NCBI GenBank assembly: GCA_944377365.1 | Contig: CALWEQ010000010.1 | Location: forward strand, 4,304 to 68,303 | DNA length: 64,000 nucleotides | Direction of reading: 5' to 3' | Source: an uncultured Clostridia bacterium | GTDB lineage: Bacteria > Bacillota > Clostridia > Christensenellales > UBA1242 | In this document: positions 1-9,703 of the stretch, one piece after another | Numbering within the stretch: the stretch's first letter is position 1 | Layout of the letters: each line of letters begins with the position of its first letter | Notes under the pieces: model-generated | Database searches by the model: none | Seen by the model: only the letters and a program-made list of their open reading frames with translations | What the model was told of the DNA's origin: nothing | Translations under genes and position numbers: made by a program

Positions 1-32
1 GGTGGTGCTCTAACCGACTGAGCTACATCTCT
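1..32 (-). tRNA. tRNA gene, 5' part only (cut by the window edge; anticodon lies outside the window)
   Basis: The reverse complement reads AGAGATG-TA-GCTC-AGTCGGTTA-GAGC-A-CCACC. That is an acceptor 5' strand, U8/A9, a canonical D-arm and the start of the anticodon stem. TTGACA-type promoter boxes lie upstream at about 70-150. Confidence 0.6.
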
Positions 33-167
33 ATATGGTTTGTTTTAACGAGTTTAGCAACTCTCGGTTTTAATATAAAACGATAATTATTGCTGTCAAC
101 TTTAATAGTTGCAGTAGTATTATACATGATTATGTTTAAATTTGTCAATCATTTTTAATAATATTTT

Positions 168-1646
168 TTAATTTTCAAATAGATTGTTGTTTAAAAATTG
201 AGGTTCACTTGACAAATATACACCTAATTTTTTCAAGGTGGTTTCATCGGCAGGTTGTAGTATGAAAGTTGAATGTACTTCACAAGTTTTTAATTGAGGG
301 ATTGTGTCTAAACATCTTTTTGCATAGTCTGACTTTATTGCCATGATTGAAAGAGCTATAAGCACATCGTCGAGTGAGAGGTGAGAACTTGTTGACTTTA
401 AAACTTCAGTCTTCAGTTTTAATATTGGCAGAAGGATTTCATCGCTAATAAGTGGTATATCATCAATTTCAGCAATGGTTTTTAAGGCGTTTAAAACAGC
501 GGCCCCAGGTGCAGAAATAATTTCTTTAGATTTACCAATTACAATTTTGCCATTACTTAATTTTATAGCGACACATGGTTTGCCAGATTCCTTGCTTGCT
601 TTTTTTGCGGCTTTTGCAATATCCAAGTCATTAGGGGATAGTTCAAGTTCATTTAAAATCATTTTCATTCGATCAATTGCGTCATAAGAGATTTGCCCCT
701 TTTTGTATGAACAAGCGTAAGAATAGTATCTTCTCAATATTTCTCTTAAACTTGCTTCTTGAGCTGCCTTATCGTCAATGATAGCATAGCCTGCCATATT
801 CACGCCCATATCAGTTGGAGAATAGTACACATCTTTTCCTAATATTTTTTTAAGTATGTTTTTTAACACAGGAAAAACTTCTATGTCTCGATTGTAATTG
901 ACTGCCAATTTCCCATAATGGTTAAAATGGTAAGGATCTATCATGTTGACGTCTTTTATGTCTGCAGTAGCCGCTTCATATGCAACGTTGACAGGGTGCT
1001 TTAAAGGCAAATTCCAAATAGGGAATGTTTCATATTTTGCGTAACCTGCTTTTATTTTGCGTTTATGCTCATGATATAATTGACTTAAACAAGTTGCAAG
1101 TTTTCCGCTAGAAGGTCCGGGAGCGGTTACTACAATGAGGGGACGAGAAGTTTGTATGTAATCATTTTCGCCATAACCTTCATCAGACACTATCATATCT
1201 ACATCGTTTGGGTAACCTTTTGTGTATTTGTGAAAATACACCTTTTCTCCACGATTTTTTAAAAGCTGTGCAAATTTAAGAGCGGAGGATTGCCCTTTAA
1301 ACAAAGTAATGACAATCGAAGAAACCATAAGATCTAATTGTCTAAATTTGTCAATAAGTCTTAAAACTTCTTCGTCGTAGCTCAATCCTAAATCGGCTCT
1401 GATTTTATTCTTTTCTATATGGTTAGCTGAAATGCACATTATTATTTCAACGCTATCTTTCATTTTTTCAAGAAGTTTTATCTTTACACCAGGGTCAAAT
1501 CCAGGCAACACCCTTGATGCGTGCAAATCGTCAAAAAGTTTGCCTCCTAATTCTAAATATAATTTGCCTCCAAACATCTTTATTCTTTCTTGAATGTGTT
1601 TTTGTTGAAGTTTTAAATATTTTTCATTGTCAAAAGCTTTTTTCAT
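168..1646 (-). CDS. UPF0371/DUF1846 family protein
   Basis: MKKAFDNEKYLKLQQKHIQERI...GGKLFDDLHASRVLPGF and VVTAPGPSSGKLATC...YAKYETFPIWNLPLKHPVN match my recollection of the UPF0371 family. The start is moved to the ATG at 1646, behind RBS AGAGGTG; the longer ORF start lies inside the structured leader. Confidence 0.8.
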   Translation of the reverse strand: MKKAFDNEKYLKLQQKHIQERIKMFGGKLYLELGGKLFDDLHASRVLPGFDPGVKIKLLEKMKDSVEIIMCISANHIEKNKIRADLGLSYDEEVLRLIDKFRQLDLMVSSIVITLFKGQSSALKFAQLLKNRGEKVYFHKYTKGYPNDVDMIVSDEGYGENDYIQTSRPLIVVTAPGPSSGKLATCLSQLYHEHKRKIKAGYAKYETFPIWNLPLKHPVNVAYEAATADIKDVNMIDPYHFNHYGKLAVNYNRDIEVFPVLKNILKKILGKDVYYSPTDMGVNMAGYAIIDDKAAQEASLREILRRYYSYACSYKKGQISYDAIDRMKMILNELELSPNDLDIAKAAKKASKESGKPCVAIKLSNGKIVIGKSKEIISAPGAAVLNALKTIAEIDDIPLISDEILLPILKLKTEVLKSTSSHLSLDDVLIALSIMAIKSDYAKRCLDTIPQLKTCEVHSTFILQPADETTLKKLGVYLSSEPQFLNNNLFEN

Positions 1647-1672
1647 TTGCACCTCTTTTTTTTTGTCTCGTT

Positions 1673-1756
1673 GCAGGAAGCGGTTTTGCGTAACGCAAAA
1701 CGACAAAAAACTTGCTTTTTTTTTGTTGGCGCGAAGTTGTCGCGCCTGCTTCCTGC
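1673..1756 (-). promoter_or_regulatory. Candidate structured 5' leader RNA (closing helix enclosing three hairpins) upstream of the DUF1846 gene
   Basis: GCAGGAAGC (1673-1681) pairs with GCTTCCTGC (1748-1756). Enclosed are hairpins GTTTTGCG/CGCAAAAC (1683-1701), ACAAAAAA/TTTTTTGT (1703-1726) and GGCGCGA/TCGCGCC (1728-1746). It ends about 27 nt upstream of the start codon. Confidence 0.4.
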
Positions 1757-2019
1757 ATAAAAATGATATGTAAGTTTTTTAAAAATCTAATAATAGTATA
1801 TCCAATATTAAAAAAAGCTCATAATCATTTGCAAAGGTTTATAAAAAAATGTAAAATAATTTATGCAAACATAGATTTTGCTTAACTAAATGTAATTGCA
1901 ATTTGCTTGAATTTATGTAGAAAAGCGTGATATATCATCGTTGGGGTTGTTGTAGAAATGCTTTTAAAATCAAACAGAAGGATTTAGTTGTCACGTAATA
2001 TTTTTAAAAGAGAGAGAAT

Positions 2020-3288
2020 ATGAAAAAGTTTTTAATATTTACAGTTACTGCAGGGAATGGGCACAACTCGGCGGCGAATTCTGTTAAAGAGCAACTAGAA
2101 AAAATGGGTGCTGAAGTTAAAGTTATTGATTTGTTGCACGAATTTTGTAAAAACAAAGCATTTATCTGGGTTCAAGCGAAAGGTTATGGACTTGCTTGCC
2201 AATATGCGCACAAAATTTACAATGCTTTTTTTCGCTTTTATCAAAAAACTGATCCTGAAAAGTATTACAAGTCTCCAGTACAATCAGGCTTGTATGAAAT
2301 GTATGATGATTTATTAAAGTATATTAATGACTACAAACCTGATGCTATTTTTACATCGCATTTTCTTCCTGCAGTGATGATTACAAATTTAAGGAAGTTA
2401 TATCCTGTGCCTGCCACGACATATTCGTTTATCTTTGATTATGCCGTTTGTCCTTTTTGGGAAGCGGCAACTGGTATAGACTATCTTTTAATTCCAAACG
2501 AAAAATATATTTCATATATGATAGGTAAGGGTTTTAAAAAAGAACAGTTGTTGCCGTATGGACTAACGGTTAATGAAAAATTTTCTAAAAAAATAGACAA
2601 GACATATGCACGCAAAAAACTAGGGCTAAAAGACAATGTATTTACTCTTTTAGTTATGTTTGGTGGGGGCTTTTGGAGTGGTAACTATAAGATAGTAAAA
2701 AATATTGTTAAAAATTTAAAAGGTAGAGAATTGCAGATAATTGTTGCGAATGGCAGAGATGAAAAAAGTAAAAATAAAATTGACAAATTGAAAACCTGTA
2801 ATTCTATTAAAATTTTAAATTTTGGTTTTTCAAAAGAGGTTGACCTCTTGATGAGCTCTGCTGATGTTATCGTGGGTAAGGCAGGTGGCGTGTCTGTAAC
2901 TGAGTCGTTAAATAAGTATTTACCTATGATATGTTGTAAAAAACTGCCTGAACAGGAGGCTGTAAATGTAAAAATGCTTGTTGAGGAAGGAGCTGCAATG
3001 CAATATAAAAGTGACAAGCAATTAATAGATATTCTTAACAATCTTTTAGATAACCCCGAACTGCTAGTGAATATGAGAAAAAACGTAGCAAGAATTCGTC
3101 GTCCTTATGCTACAAAGAAAGTCGCAGAAGACATGATGAATAGTAGCGCAGTTTATGAAGATCTTCAAATAGATTATTCGAAAGTTAATTCAAATATAAA
3201 AAGAATGTTAAGAAAAACAAAACCACAGTCAAAGCTGTTAAAAAAACAAGAAAAGAGTGCTAAAAGGCCATTAAAAATTAACACTTAA
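2020..3288 (+). CDS. MGDG-synthase family glycosyltransferase (GT28, UgtP-like diacylglycerol glycosyltransferase)
   Basis: The N-terminal FTVTAGNGHNSAA motif and C-terminal VGKAGGVSVTESL motif are typical of UgtP/MGDG synthase-type enzymes. Confidence 0.75.
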   Translation: MKKFLIFTVTAGNGHNSAANSVKEQLEKMGAEVKVIDLLHEFCKNKAFIWVQAKGYGLACQYAHKIYNAFFRFYQKTDPEKYYKSPVQSGLYEMYDDLLKYINDYKPDAIFTSHFLPAVMITNLRKLYPVPATTYSFIFDYAVCPFWEAATGIDYLLIPNEKYISYMIGKGFKKEQLLPYGLTVNEKFSKKIDKTYARKKLGLKDNVFTLLVMFGGGFWSGNYKIVKNIVKNLKGRELQIIVANGRDEKSKNKIDKLKTCNSIKILNFGFSKEVDLLMSSADVIVGKAGGVSVTESLNKYLPMICCKKLPEQEAVNVKMLVEEGAAMQYKSDKQLIDILNNLLDNPELLVNMRKNVARIRRPYATKKVAEDMMNSSAVYEDLQIDYSKVNSNIKRMLRKTKPQSKLLKKQEKSAKRPLKINT

Positions 3289-3299
3289 ACAAAAAAAAT

Positions 3300-3329
3300 A
3301 AAGAGCTTGAAGGCTCTTTATTTGTTTTT
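3300..3329 (+). terminator. Rho-independent terminator (bidirectional-looking) after the glycosyltransferase gene
   Basis: Stem AAAGAGC/GCTCTTT with loop TTGAAG, followed by ATTTGTTTTT and preceded by an A-run. It overlaps the stop of the convergent HD gene. Confidence 0.5.
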
Positions 3330-3917
3330 GTCAAGTTCTTCATGAATTTGATTTACTAAAGCGAGTTGGTGTGAATCTAGACTTCTATTTTCCTCTAACG
3401 AATTTAAAATTTTGTATGTATCATTTTTTACTCTTTGCGCATGAGGCTTAGAAAGCGAAAACAATGTTTTTATATTGTCTAGTCTATCGCATAATTTTAA
3501 AAGTAAAGCATCATTAGACAAAGTTAAAACTTTTTTTGCTAGATAATCACCTTTTTCTGAATGTTGGATATTTTTAGGCAAAGTTAGTTCGCTTACAAGC
3601 GAAGCTGTTTTTTCGCCAAAAAGATATTCAATTTGTGTTATTGGTGTGTTAGTGTCTTCAACAACGTCATGTAAGAGAGCTGACTGCATGATGTCTTTGT
3701 CGCAAGAAAATTGCATCGCGTTTGTCAAAACGCGTAAAGGGTGAATGATATAAGGTTCTCCATTTAAGCGAAACTGACCATTGTGTTTTACGAAAGCAAA
3801 CAAAAATGCGCCATCACACTGAGATTTTAATAATCCGATACGGATAAGTCTCATGTCACCATTGTCCAAAATTTTTTTTAACAAATCATTGCTGATTGAA
3901 TTATTGCAAATATTCAT
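3318..3917 (-). CDS. HD-domain phosphohydrolase (RelA/SpoT-type hydrolase domain, small alarmone hydrolase-like)
   Basis: HPLRV...ALLHDVVEDT is the HD motif arrangement of (p)ppGpp hydrolase domains. Confidence 0.65.
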   Translation of the reverse strand: MNICNNSISNDLLKKILDNGDMRLIRIGLLKSQCDGAFLFAFVKHNGQFRLNGEPYIIHPLRVLTNAMQFSCDKDIMQSALLHDVVEDTNTPITQIEYLFGEKTASLVSELTLPKNIQHSEKGDYLAKKVLTLSNDALLLKLCDRLDNIKTLFSLSKPHAQRVKNDTYKILNSLEENRSLDSHQLALVNQIHEELDKNK

Positions 3918-4014
3918 ATTTAAATTATATATTAGTTTTGCAGTTTGTCAATATAAAAACAAAAAAAACAAATTTTATTCTCATAAAATATTTATAAAGA
4001 CAAATGATAAGGGT

Positions 4015-4569
4015 ATGAACTCCCTTTATTTTTTAATTCCAACCGTCTTTATTTTAATTTTAATGTTGCCGATGTTTTTTGAGGTAAAGCTTTCTTATAA
4101 TATTTTTGAAAACAGTGGAGTAATATCCGTTTTTTTCCAAAAAGTAAACGTTAAACATTACGTGTTTGAGTTTTATAAGAATTCCATAAGATTAATAGAT
4201 GAAAAAACAATAGATGAAAAAGAATTGGATTTTTCTTCTCCCGAGCTCGTGTTTATAGAGGAATTTTCAAAACAGATAAAACAAAAGTCACGACTTAAAT
4301 ATTTGGAAGTATATTACCATCTTGGTGTAGAGGATGCTTATTTAACGAGTATGATAGCTGGAATAATAAATTCTGCTTTATTAATATTTTTTACTGGTTT
4401 AAAAAATTCTAGACCGACGGCATCTTTAGGTGTTTATGATTCTATTTCTTTTAACAAAAAGGTTGCGGAGATAGCTGTAGACTTTTGTGTCAGCCTTACT
4501 TTGTTTGATGTTGCATATTCTTTTTTAAATTCGCTCATTCTAAGTAAGAAAAAAATAAAAACATCTTAA
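4015..4569 (+). CDS. Small membrane protein, YtfI-like (DUF2953) by position
   Basis: It has an N-terminal TM segment (LYFLIPTVFILILMLPMFF) and sits directly upstream of ytfJ, as in the B. subtilis ytfI-ytfJ pair. The start is taken at the ATG at 4015, because the longer ORF overlaps the divergent HD gene. Confidence 0.5.
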   Translation: MNSLYFLIPTVFILILMLPMFFEVKLSYNIFENSGVISVFFQKVNVKHYVFEFYKNSIRLIDEKTIDEKELDFSSPELVFIEEFSKQIKQKSRLKYLEVYYHLGVEDAYLTSMIAGIINSALLIFFTGLKNSRPTASLGVYDSISFNKKVAEIAVDFCVSLTLFDVAYSFLNSLILSKKKIKTS

Positions 4570-4613
4570 AATGTGTCTACTAAATCATAATAGGCACAAC
4601 ATATGGGGGTATT

Positions 4614-5012
4614 ATGAAGTTTTATACAACAAACGAAACAATAAATGATTTGATAAGTTCATCTATGGAGAAAATAAAAACAATTGTAGATTCATCGACT
4701 ATTGTCGGCGAAAAAGTCACCACTGATGATGGCACGACAATAATTCCAATATCAAAAGTTAGTGTAGGCTATGTCGTCGGTGGTGGTGAATATGCTGACC
4801 TATCATCTCGTAGAGTTGCCAATCATTTTCCTATGGCTGGGGGGTCTAGCGGTGGTATGAGTGTAACGCCTGTTGGGTTTTTGGTTATAACTTCAACTGA
4901 AGTAAATTTTGTTAATGTTGAAAACAAAAGCTTATATCAGACGATGCTAAACATGTTTAACACTCTTATATCTAAGTTTGAAAACGCGGAGCAACAAAAT
5001 GAAGAAGATTAA
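4614..5012 (+). CDS. ytfJ: Sporulation protein YtfJ (GerW family)
   Basis: TIIPISKVSVGYVVGGGEY...MAGGSSGGMSVTPVGFLVI is the characteristic GerW/YtfJ sequence; 132 aa. Confidence 0.85.
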   Translation: MKFYTTNETINDLISSSMEKIKTIVDSSTIVGEKVTTDDGTTIIPISKVSVGYVVGGGEYADLSSRRVANHFPMAGGSSGGMSVTPVGFLVITSTEVNFVNVENKSLYQTMLNMFNTLISKFENAEQQNEED

Positions 5013-6156
5013 ATCTGCGTTAACTGTCATTATGATATTTTTACTTGTTGGAGCAATTGCTTTTTCTTATTTTTATGGTATTTTACGATCGGCTACGTAT
5101 TTAAGCGCTTCAAGTTCAATCTCAACGTCAGCTAAATCAATGTGTTTAATAGAAGCGAGCAGTGGAAGGGTTTTAACGTCAAAAAACGCTGATATTTCTC
5201 TTCCTATGGCTAGCACTACAAAGATAATGACTGCGATCACTGCAATAGAAAATGCGGAAAATCTTGATGAAGTGTTTGAAATAGATCCTTCAAGTGTTGG
5301 TATCAGCGGGACATCAATGTATCTTCGAAAAGGCGAAAGGCATACGTTAAGAGATTTGCTGTATGCTCTTATGCTTGTTTCGGCAAATGATGCTAGTGTT
5401 GCTATAGGGAAACAAGTGGGTGGAACGATAGAAAAGTTTGTCGATCTGATGAATTTTACCGCTTACAAAATTGGTGCGTCTTCGACGCATTTTGAAAACA
5501 CTCACGGCCTTGACGAAAAGGGACATTACACGTCTGCTCATGACTTGGCGTTAATAACTAGCTATGCTTTAAAAAATGATACTTTTAGGGAAATTGTTTC
5601 GACAAAAAACATAAAAATAACTTCTGCTGATGGAAAAACTCGATACCTTCACAACAAAAACAAATTACTTCAAAATTTTGACGGAGCAATAGGGGTTAAA
5701 ACAGGCTTTACAGACGACGCAGGACGTTGTTTGGTTTCTGCTGCCGAAAGAGATGGTATGCGCCTTGTATGTGTTGTTTTGAATTGCCAACCAATGTTTG
5801 AAGAATGTTCAGCCCTTATGGAATGGGGGTTTCAAAATTTCAAAATGCACAACTTATGCGACATGGCAGATATCCCAAGCTTAATAGCTGTTGAAAATGG
5901 TGAAAAACAAAATGTCGGAGTAAAAATAAAGGGCAGTTATTATTTTCCTTTATCAGAGAATGAACAAAACTTAGTAAAAATAAATTACAATTTACCTTCT
6001 AGTGTAAAACCAGTGTTGTGCGAAGGTGACAAAGTTGGTTTTTATGAAATATATTTTGATAATTCCTTGCGTTTTTCGGGAGAAATTGTTACAATATCTT
6101 CTGTAAAGGCGAGGACACTTGCGCAACGCTTGCATGACGTCCTTGAAAAATGGTAA
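4999..6156 (+). CDS. D-alanyl-D-alanine carboxypeptidase (peptidase S11, DacB/DacF-like)
   Basis: Signal/TM segment, SxxK (ASTTKIM), SxN (VSANDAS) and KTG (VKTGFT) motifs. The start is the ATG at 4999, behind a GGAG RBS. Confidence 0.85.
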   Translation: MKKIKSALTVIMIFLLVGAIAFSYFYGILRSATYLSASSSISTSAKSMCLIEASSGRVLTSKNADISLPMASTTKIMTAITAIENAENLDEVFEIDPSSVGISGTSMYLRKGERHTLRDLLYALMLVSANDASVAIGKQVGGTIEKFVDLMNFTAYKIGASSTHFENTHGLDEKGHYTSAHDLALITSYALKNDTFREIVSTKNIKITSADGKTRYLHNKNKLLQNFDGAIGVKTGFTDDAGRCLVSAAERDGMRLVCVVLNCQPMFEECSALMEWGFQNFKMHNLCDMADIPSLIAVENGEKQNVGVKIKGSYYFPLSENEQNLVKINYNLPSSVKPVLCEGDKVGFYEIYFDNSLRFSGEIVTISSVKARTLAQRLHDVLEKW

Positions 6157-6162
6157 AGGTGT

Positions 6163-6870
6163 GTGAGATTAAATAAATTTTTAAGTTCTTCTGGCATTTG
6201 TTCAAGACGCAAAGCAGATGAAATGATTAAAAACGGGTTGGTTGAAGTCAACAATAAGGTTGTTAATGAATTAGGTAGCATTGTCAATGAGAAAAAAGAT
6301 ATTGTAAAAGTGGAAGGAAAGGTTGTTTCGCTTCCACTTTGTCGCGTATATTTAAAATTGTTTAAGCCCAAAGGTTATGTTTGTTCTGCACATGACGAAC
6401 GAGGGCGTAAAACGATTTACGAACTCGTAAAATCTGAAAGGAGGCTATTTTCTGTAGGAAGGCTTGATTACGACACTGAAGGATTAATTTTGCTCACAGA
6501 TGACGGAGATTTTGCAAAAAAGATTTCGCATCCAACAACAGGAATTGAAAAAGAATATCATGTTTCTGTAGTAGGTGCAATGAAGGAGAGCGAATTTGCT
6601 GTTTTAAGAAAAGGCGTCGTTTTTGATGGCAACAGAATGCCATCGGCGAGAGTAAAACCGATTTCTTTTGATGGCAAAATTACCAAGGTGGCAGTCATTA
6701 TAGACGAGGGGCAAAATCGTCAAGTGCGCAAAATGTTTGAAGCAATAGGTCGGGAAATTAAACTATTAAAAAGAGTTAGAATTGGCACGGTTAAGCTAGG
6801 TGGATTGAAAAGAGGTGAAGCAAGAGCTTTGCGAGATGATGAGTTGCAAAGCCTTATGGAGCTGTTATGA
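6163..6870 (+). CDS. rluB: Pseudouridine synthase, RsuA/RluB family
   Basis: S4 domain MRLNKFLSSSGICSRRKADEMI plus catalytic GRLDYDTEGLILLTDDG. GTG start. Confidence 0.85.
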   Translation: MRLNKFLSSSGICSRRKADEMIKNGLVEVNNKVVNELGSIVNEKKDIVKVEGKVVSLPLCRVYLKLFKPKGYVCSAHDERGRKTIYELVKSERRLFSVGRLDYDTEGLILLTDDGDFAKKISHPTTGIEKEYHVSVVGAMKESEFAVLRKGVVFDGNRMPSARVKPISFDGKITKVAVIIDEGQNRQVRKMFEAIGREIKLLKRVRIGTVKLGGLKRGEARALRDDELQSLMELL

Positions 6871-8051
6871 AAGTCGCGGTTATTGGAGCAGGAGCGTCAG
6901 GATTAATGGCCACTTGTGCGATATTAGCCAAAGGGCATCAAGTGGTTGTGTTTGACGGCAACGACAAATGTGGCAAAAAGATTTATATAACTGGCAAGGG
7001 TCGATGCAATTTGACAAATTTATGCGATAAACAAACTTTTTTAAGCAATGTAGTTCGCGGAGAAAAATTTTTGCAAAGTGCTATAAGTCGTTTTTCTCCT
7101 TATGATACCGTGGCTTTTTTCGATAAATTAGGATTAAAAACAAAGTGTGAAAGAGGACAGCGCGTTTTTCCTGTTTCAGACAAATCTAGTGATGTTATAT
7201 CAGCACTTGTTAAAGGTTGCAAGGGAGCAGAATTTCGTTTAAATCATAAAGTTAAAAGTGTTGTTGCAAAAGAATGTAAATTCTTGGTTGATGGAGAAGA
7301 GTTCGACAGAGTTTTGGTTGCCAGTGGGGGAATGAGTTATTCTGCGACAGGTAGTGATGGTAGTGGCTATAAAATCGCAAAGAGTTTTGGGCATAAAATA
7401 ATTGACCTTGTCCCAGGGCTAGTCCCAATAGAAACAGGAAGCAAATTTTCTTCATTAGAGGGGTTGTCATTAAAAAATGTAGAAATTTCGGTGTTTTCAA
7501 ATGGCAAAAAGTTTTCTCAGTTTGGAGAAATGTTGTTTACAGATAGGGGTGTTTCAGGACCTATTGTGTTGACTGTTTCAAGTTTCATAAACAGAAATGT
7601 TCCCAAAGAAATGTTTTTAGATTTAAAACCTGCATTAAGCGAAGAGAAATTGGATGCAAGACTCTTGCGTGAATTCGATTTAAATAAAAACAAGTTTTTA
7701 AAATCTGTTATGACTGCGCTTTTACCTAAACGGATGGTGGATGTTTTTTTAAAAGAGGCCGACATAAACGGTGATAGACGCGTGCAATCAATAACATCAC
7801 AAGAACGCAAAAGAATTTTAAAAACATTAAAATGCTTTACAATTCCAATTAAAAAGTTGTATCCTATTGAAAATGCAATTATTACATCTGGCGGTGTAGA
7901 TTTGCAGGAAATAGATCCAAAAACCATGCAAAGCAAATTGCAAAAAGGCCTTTATTTTATAGGTGAAATTTTAGATGTTGATGCGTTAACAGGCGGATTT
8001 AACTTGCAAATAGCGTTTGCAACTGCCATAGCAGCTGCGTCAGATTTTTAA
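6867..8051 (+). CDS. NAD(P)/FAD-dependent oxidoreductase, HI0933/YhiN (BaiN-like) family
   Basis: N-terminal VIGAGASGLMA dinucleotide-binding motif, about 394 aa, and C-terminal GEILDVDALTGGFNLQ, typical of this family. Confidence 0.8.
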   Translation: MKVAVIGAGASGLMATCAILAKGHQVVVFDGNDKCGKKIYITGKGRCNLTNLCDKQTFLSNVVRGEKFLQSAISRFSPYDTVAFFDKLGLKTKCERGQRVFPVSDKSSDVISALVKGCKGAEFRLNHKVKSVVAKECKFLVDGEEFDRVLVASGGMSYSATGSDGSGYKIAKSFGHKIIDLVPGLVPIETGSKFSSLEGLSLKNVEISVFSNGKKFSQFGEMLFTDRGVSGPIVLTVSSFINRNVPKEMFLDLKPALSEEKLDARLLREFDLNKNKFLKSVMTALLPKRMVDVFLKEADINGDRRVQSITSQERKRILKTLKCFTIPIKKLYPIENAIITSGGVDLQEIDPKTMQSKLQKGLYFIGEILDVDALTGGFNLQIAFATAIAAASDF

Positions 8052-8061
8052 GGAGGTGTTG

Positions 8062-8682
8062 ATGCTTCATTTGTTAAGAGGACTGGCTTACATTCCAATG
8101 GCTATCGTCTATCCAACCAAGATTGTTGGCAAAAAAAACTTGCCAAAGGGGAAGGCTGTCATAACCTTAAACCACACTTCCAATATGGACTCTATTTTAC
8201 TTATATTAAACACATGGGAGAAAAAATATTTCTTGGCAAAGAAAGAACTTTTTACTTCAAAATCACGAAGTTGGTTTTTAAAGAAGATGGGTGCTATAAG
8301 GATAGACAGAAGTATCGCAGATTTGAATGCTATAAAAGAGGCATTTAAAGTGCTAAAAGAAAACAAAAAACTTGTTATCTTTCCAGAGGGAACGCGAAAT
8401 AAAAATGCAGAACTTTCGTTGCAAACTGTTAAGAATGGATCAGCAATGATAGCAATAAAAACCAAAACGCCTTTGGTTCCTATTTGGATCTTTAACAGAC
8501 CAAAAGCCTTTCATTTGACAAAGATCATGATTGGTGAGCCATATGATTTAAGTGAATTTTATGGGCAAAAACTGACCGACGAGGTTTTAGAAAAAGCGAG
8601 TGAAAAAGTTGCTCAAAAATTAAACGAAACAAAAGAACTTGCAGAATTAAAATTTAAAAAGAAGAGAGAGAAAAATGGATAA
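8062..8682 (+). CDS. plsC: 1-acyl-sn-glycerol-3-phosphate acyltransferase
   Basis: HX4D motif (NHTSNMD) and FPEGTR motif. The ATG at 8062 follows an AGGAGG RBS. Confidence 0.75.
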   Translation: MLHLLRGLAYIPMAIVYPTKIVGKKNLPKGKAVITLNHTSNMDSILLILNTWEKKYFLAKKELFTSKSRSWFLKKMGAIRIDRSIADLNAIKEAFKVLKENKKLVIFPEGTRNKNAELSLQTVKNGSAMIAIKTKTPLVPIWIFNRPKAFHLTKIMIGEPYDLSEFYGQKLTDEVLEKASEKVAQKLNETKELAELKFKKKREKNG

Positions 8683-9703
8683 ATTTGATATGGAAGCCGT
8701 GGAGCGCACATTTTTGAACACTAAATCTGGCGAGCTTCACAGCGGAGTGGTTGTGATTAAAAGGGCAGACGGAGTAATTTTTAATATTGGCGGGAAAAGA
8801 GATGCTTTTATTCCGCGAGAAGACTTTGAAAATTTTGAAGAAGTAAAAATTGGTGACAGGTTTCAGGTGATTATCACAAAAAGTAAAAACGAAGAAGGAA
8901 TGATCGAGGCGTCAAAATCAAAAGCTGATGTAATTTCAATAGGAATACAAAATGCACAAAAAATAAAGCTTGGGAGCGTGTTTACTTTTGTGCCAACTCA
9001 AATTAAAAACGGATTAATTTCTAAATTGGGCGATTATGATATATTTGTTCCAAAGGATCAGGTCAGCGATCGCTTTGTCGATTTGAATTTGCTTATAGGA
9101 AAACAACAGGAGGCAATAGCTACTGAAATAGATCGTGAAAACAAAATGATAGTGGCGAGCATTAAACTTTTGCAACAACAGGAACGCGAGCAAAATGAAA
9201 AGCTTTTTTGGAGTTCAATATTTATAAACAAGATCGTAAAAGGCACTGTTAAAAAAATATTACCGTATGGTGCATTTGTCGAGGTTGATGGAGTAGATTG
9301 TTTTATTCATATTTCTGATCTTTCTTATGACAGGGTTGACTCTCCTAATGATGTAATTAGCGTAGGGCAAACTTTGAATTTTAAAGTCATAGAGCTTGAC
9401 CGAGAGGCAAAAAAAATAAAATTGGGTTTAAAACAGATTTTGCCAGATCCAACAGTTGAGAAAATCGAAAAGTTAAAAATAGGAGAAGTTGTAGAAGGAG
9501 AGGTGCAAAAATTGTTGCCTTTTGGAGCCATAGTAAAATTAGAAAATGGGTTAAAGGGATTAATGCACATTTCTACTATAACAGAGCGTCGCGATGTTGC
9601 TGTGCACGAGTTTGTACATGTTGGCGACAAGGTAAATGTTGAGGTTTTGAGTAAGGATAGTGAAAGTAAAAAAATCTCGTTTAGTTTTCTTTCAAAAATC
9701 TAA
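8675..9703 (+). CDS. S1 RNA-binding domain protein (ribosomal protein S1 homologue, YpfD-like)
   Basis: Repeated S1 motifs, e.g. GTVKKILPYGAFVEVDG and GEVQKLLPFGAIVKLENG. Confidence 0.75.
   Translation: MDKFDMEAVERTFLNTKSGELHSGVVVIKRADGVIFNIGGKRDAFIPREDFENFEEVKIGDRFQVIITKSKNEEGMIEASKSKADVISIGIQNAQKIKLGSVFTFVPTQIKNGLISKLGDYDIFVPKDQVSDRFVDLNLLIGKQQEAIATEIDRENKMIVASIKLLQQQEREQNEKLFWSSIFINKIVKGTVKKILPYGAFVEVDGVDCFIHISDLSYDRVDSPNDVISVGQTLNFKVIELDREAKKIKLGLKQILPDPTVEKIEKLKIGEVVEGEVQKLLPFGAIVKLENGLKGLMHISTITERRDVAVHEFVHVGDKVNVEVLSKDSESKKISFSFLSKI

Noticed and set aside
3853-4014. N-terminal extensions in ORF-track entries, for example 3853-4014, 1647-1706, 22295-22393, 25423-25515, 41493-41633, 47579-47629, 48078-48167, 57239-57277 and 61617-61643
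   Set aside because: The extensions overlap neighbouring genes or leaders and lack RBSs. Internal ATG/GTG/TTG codons with good RBSs give N-termini that match the family norms.
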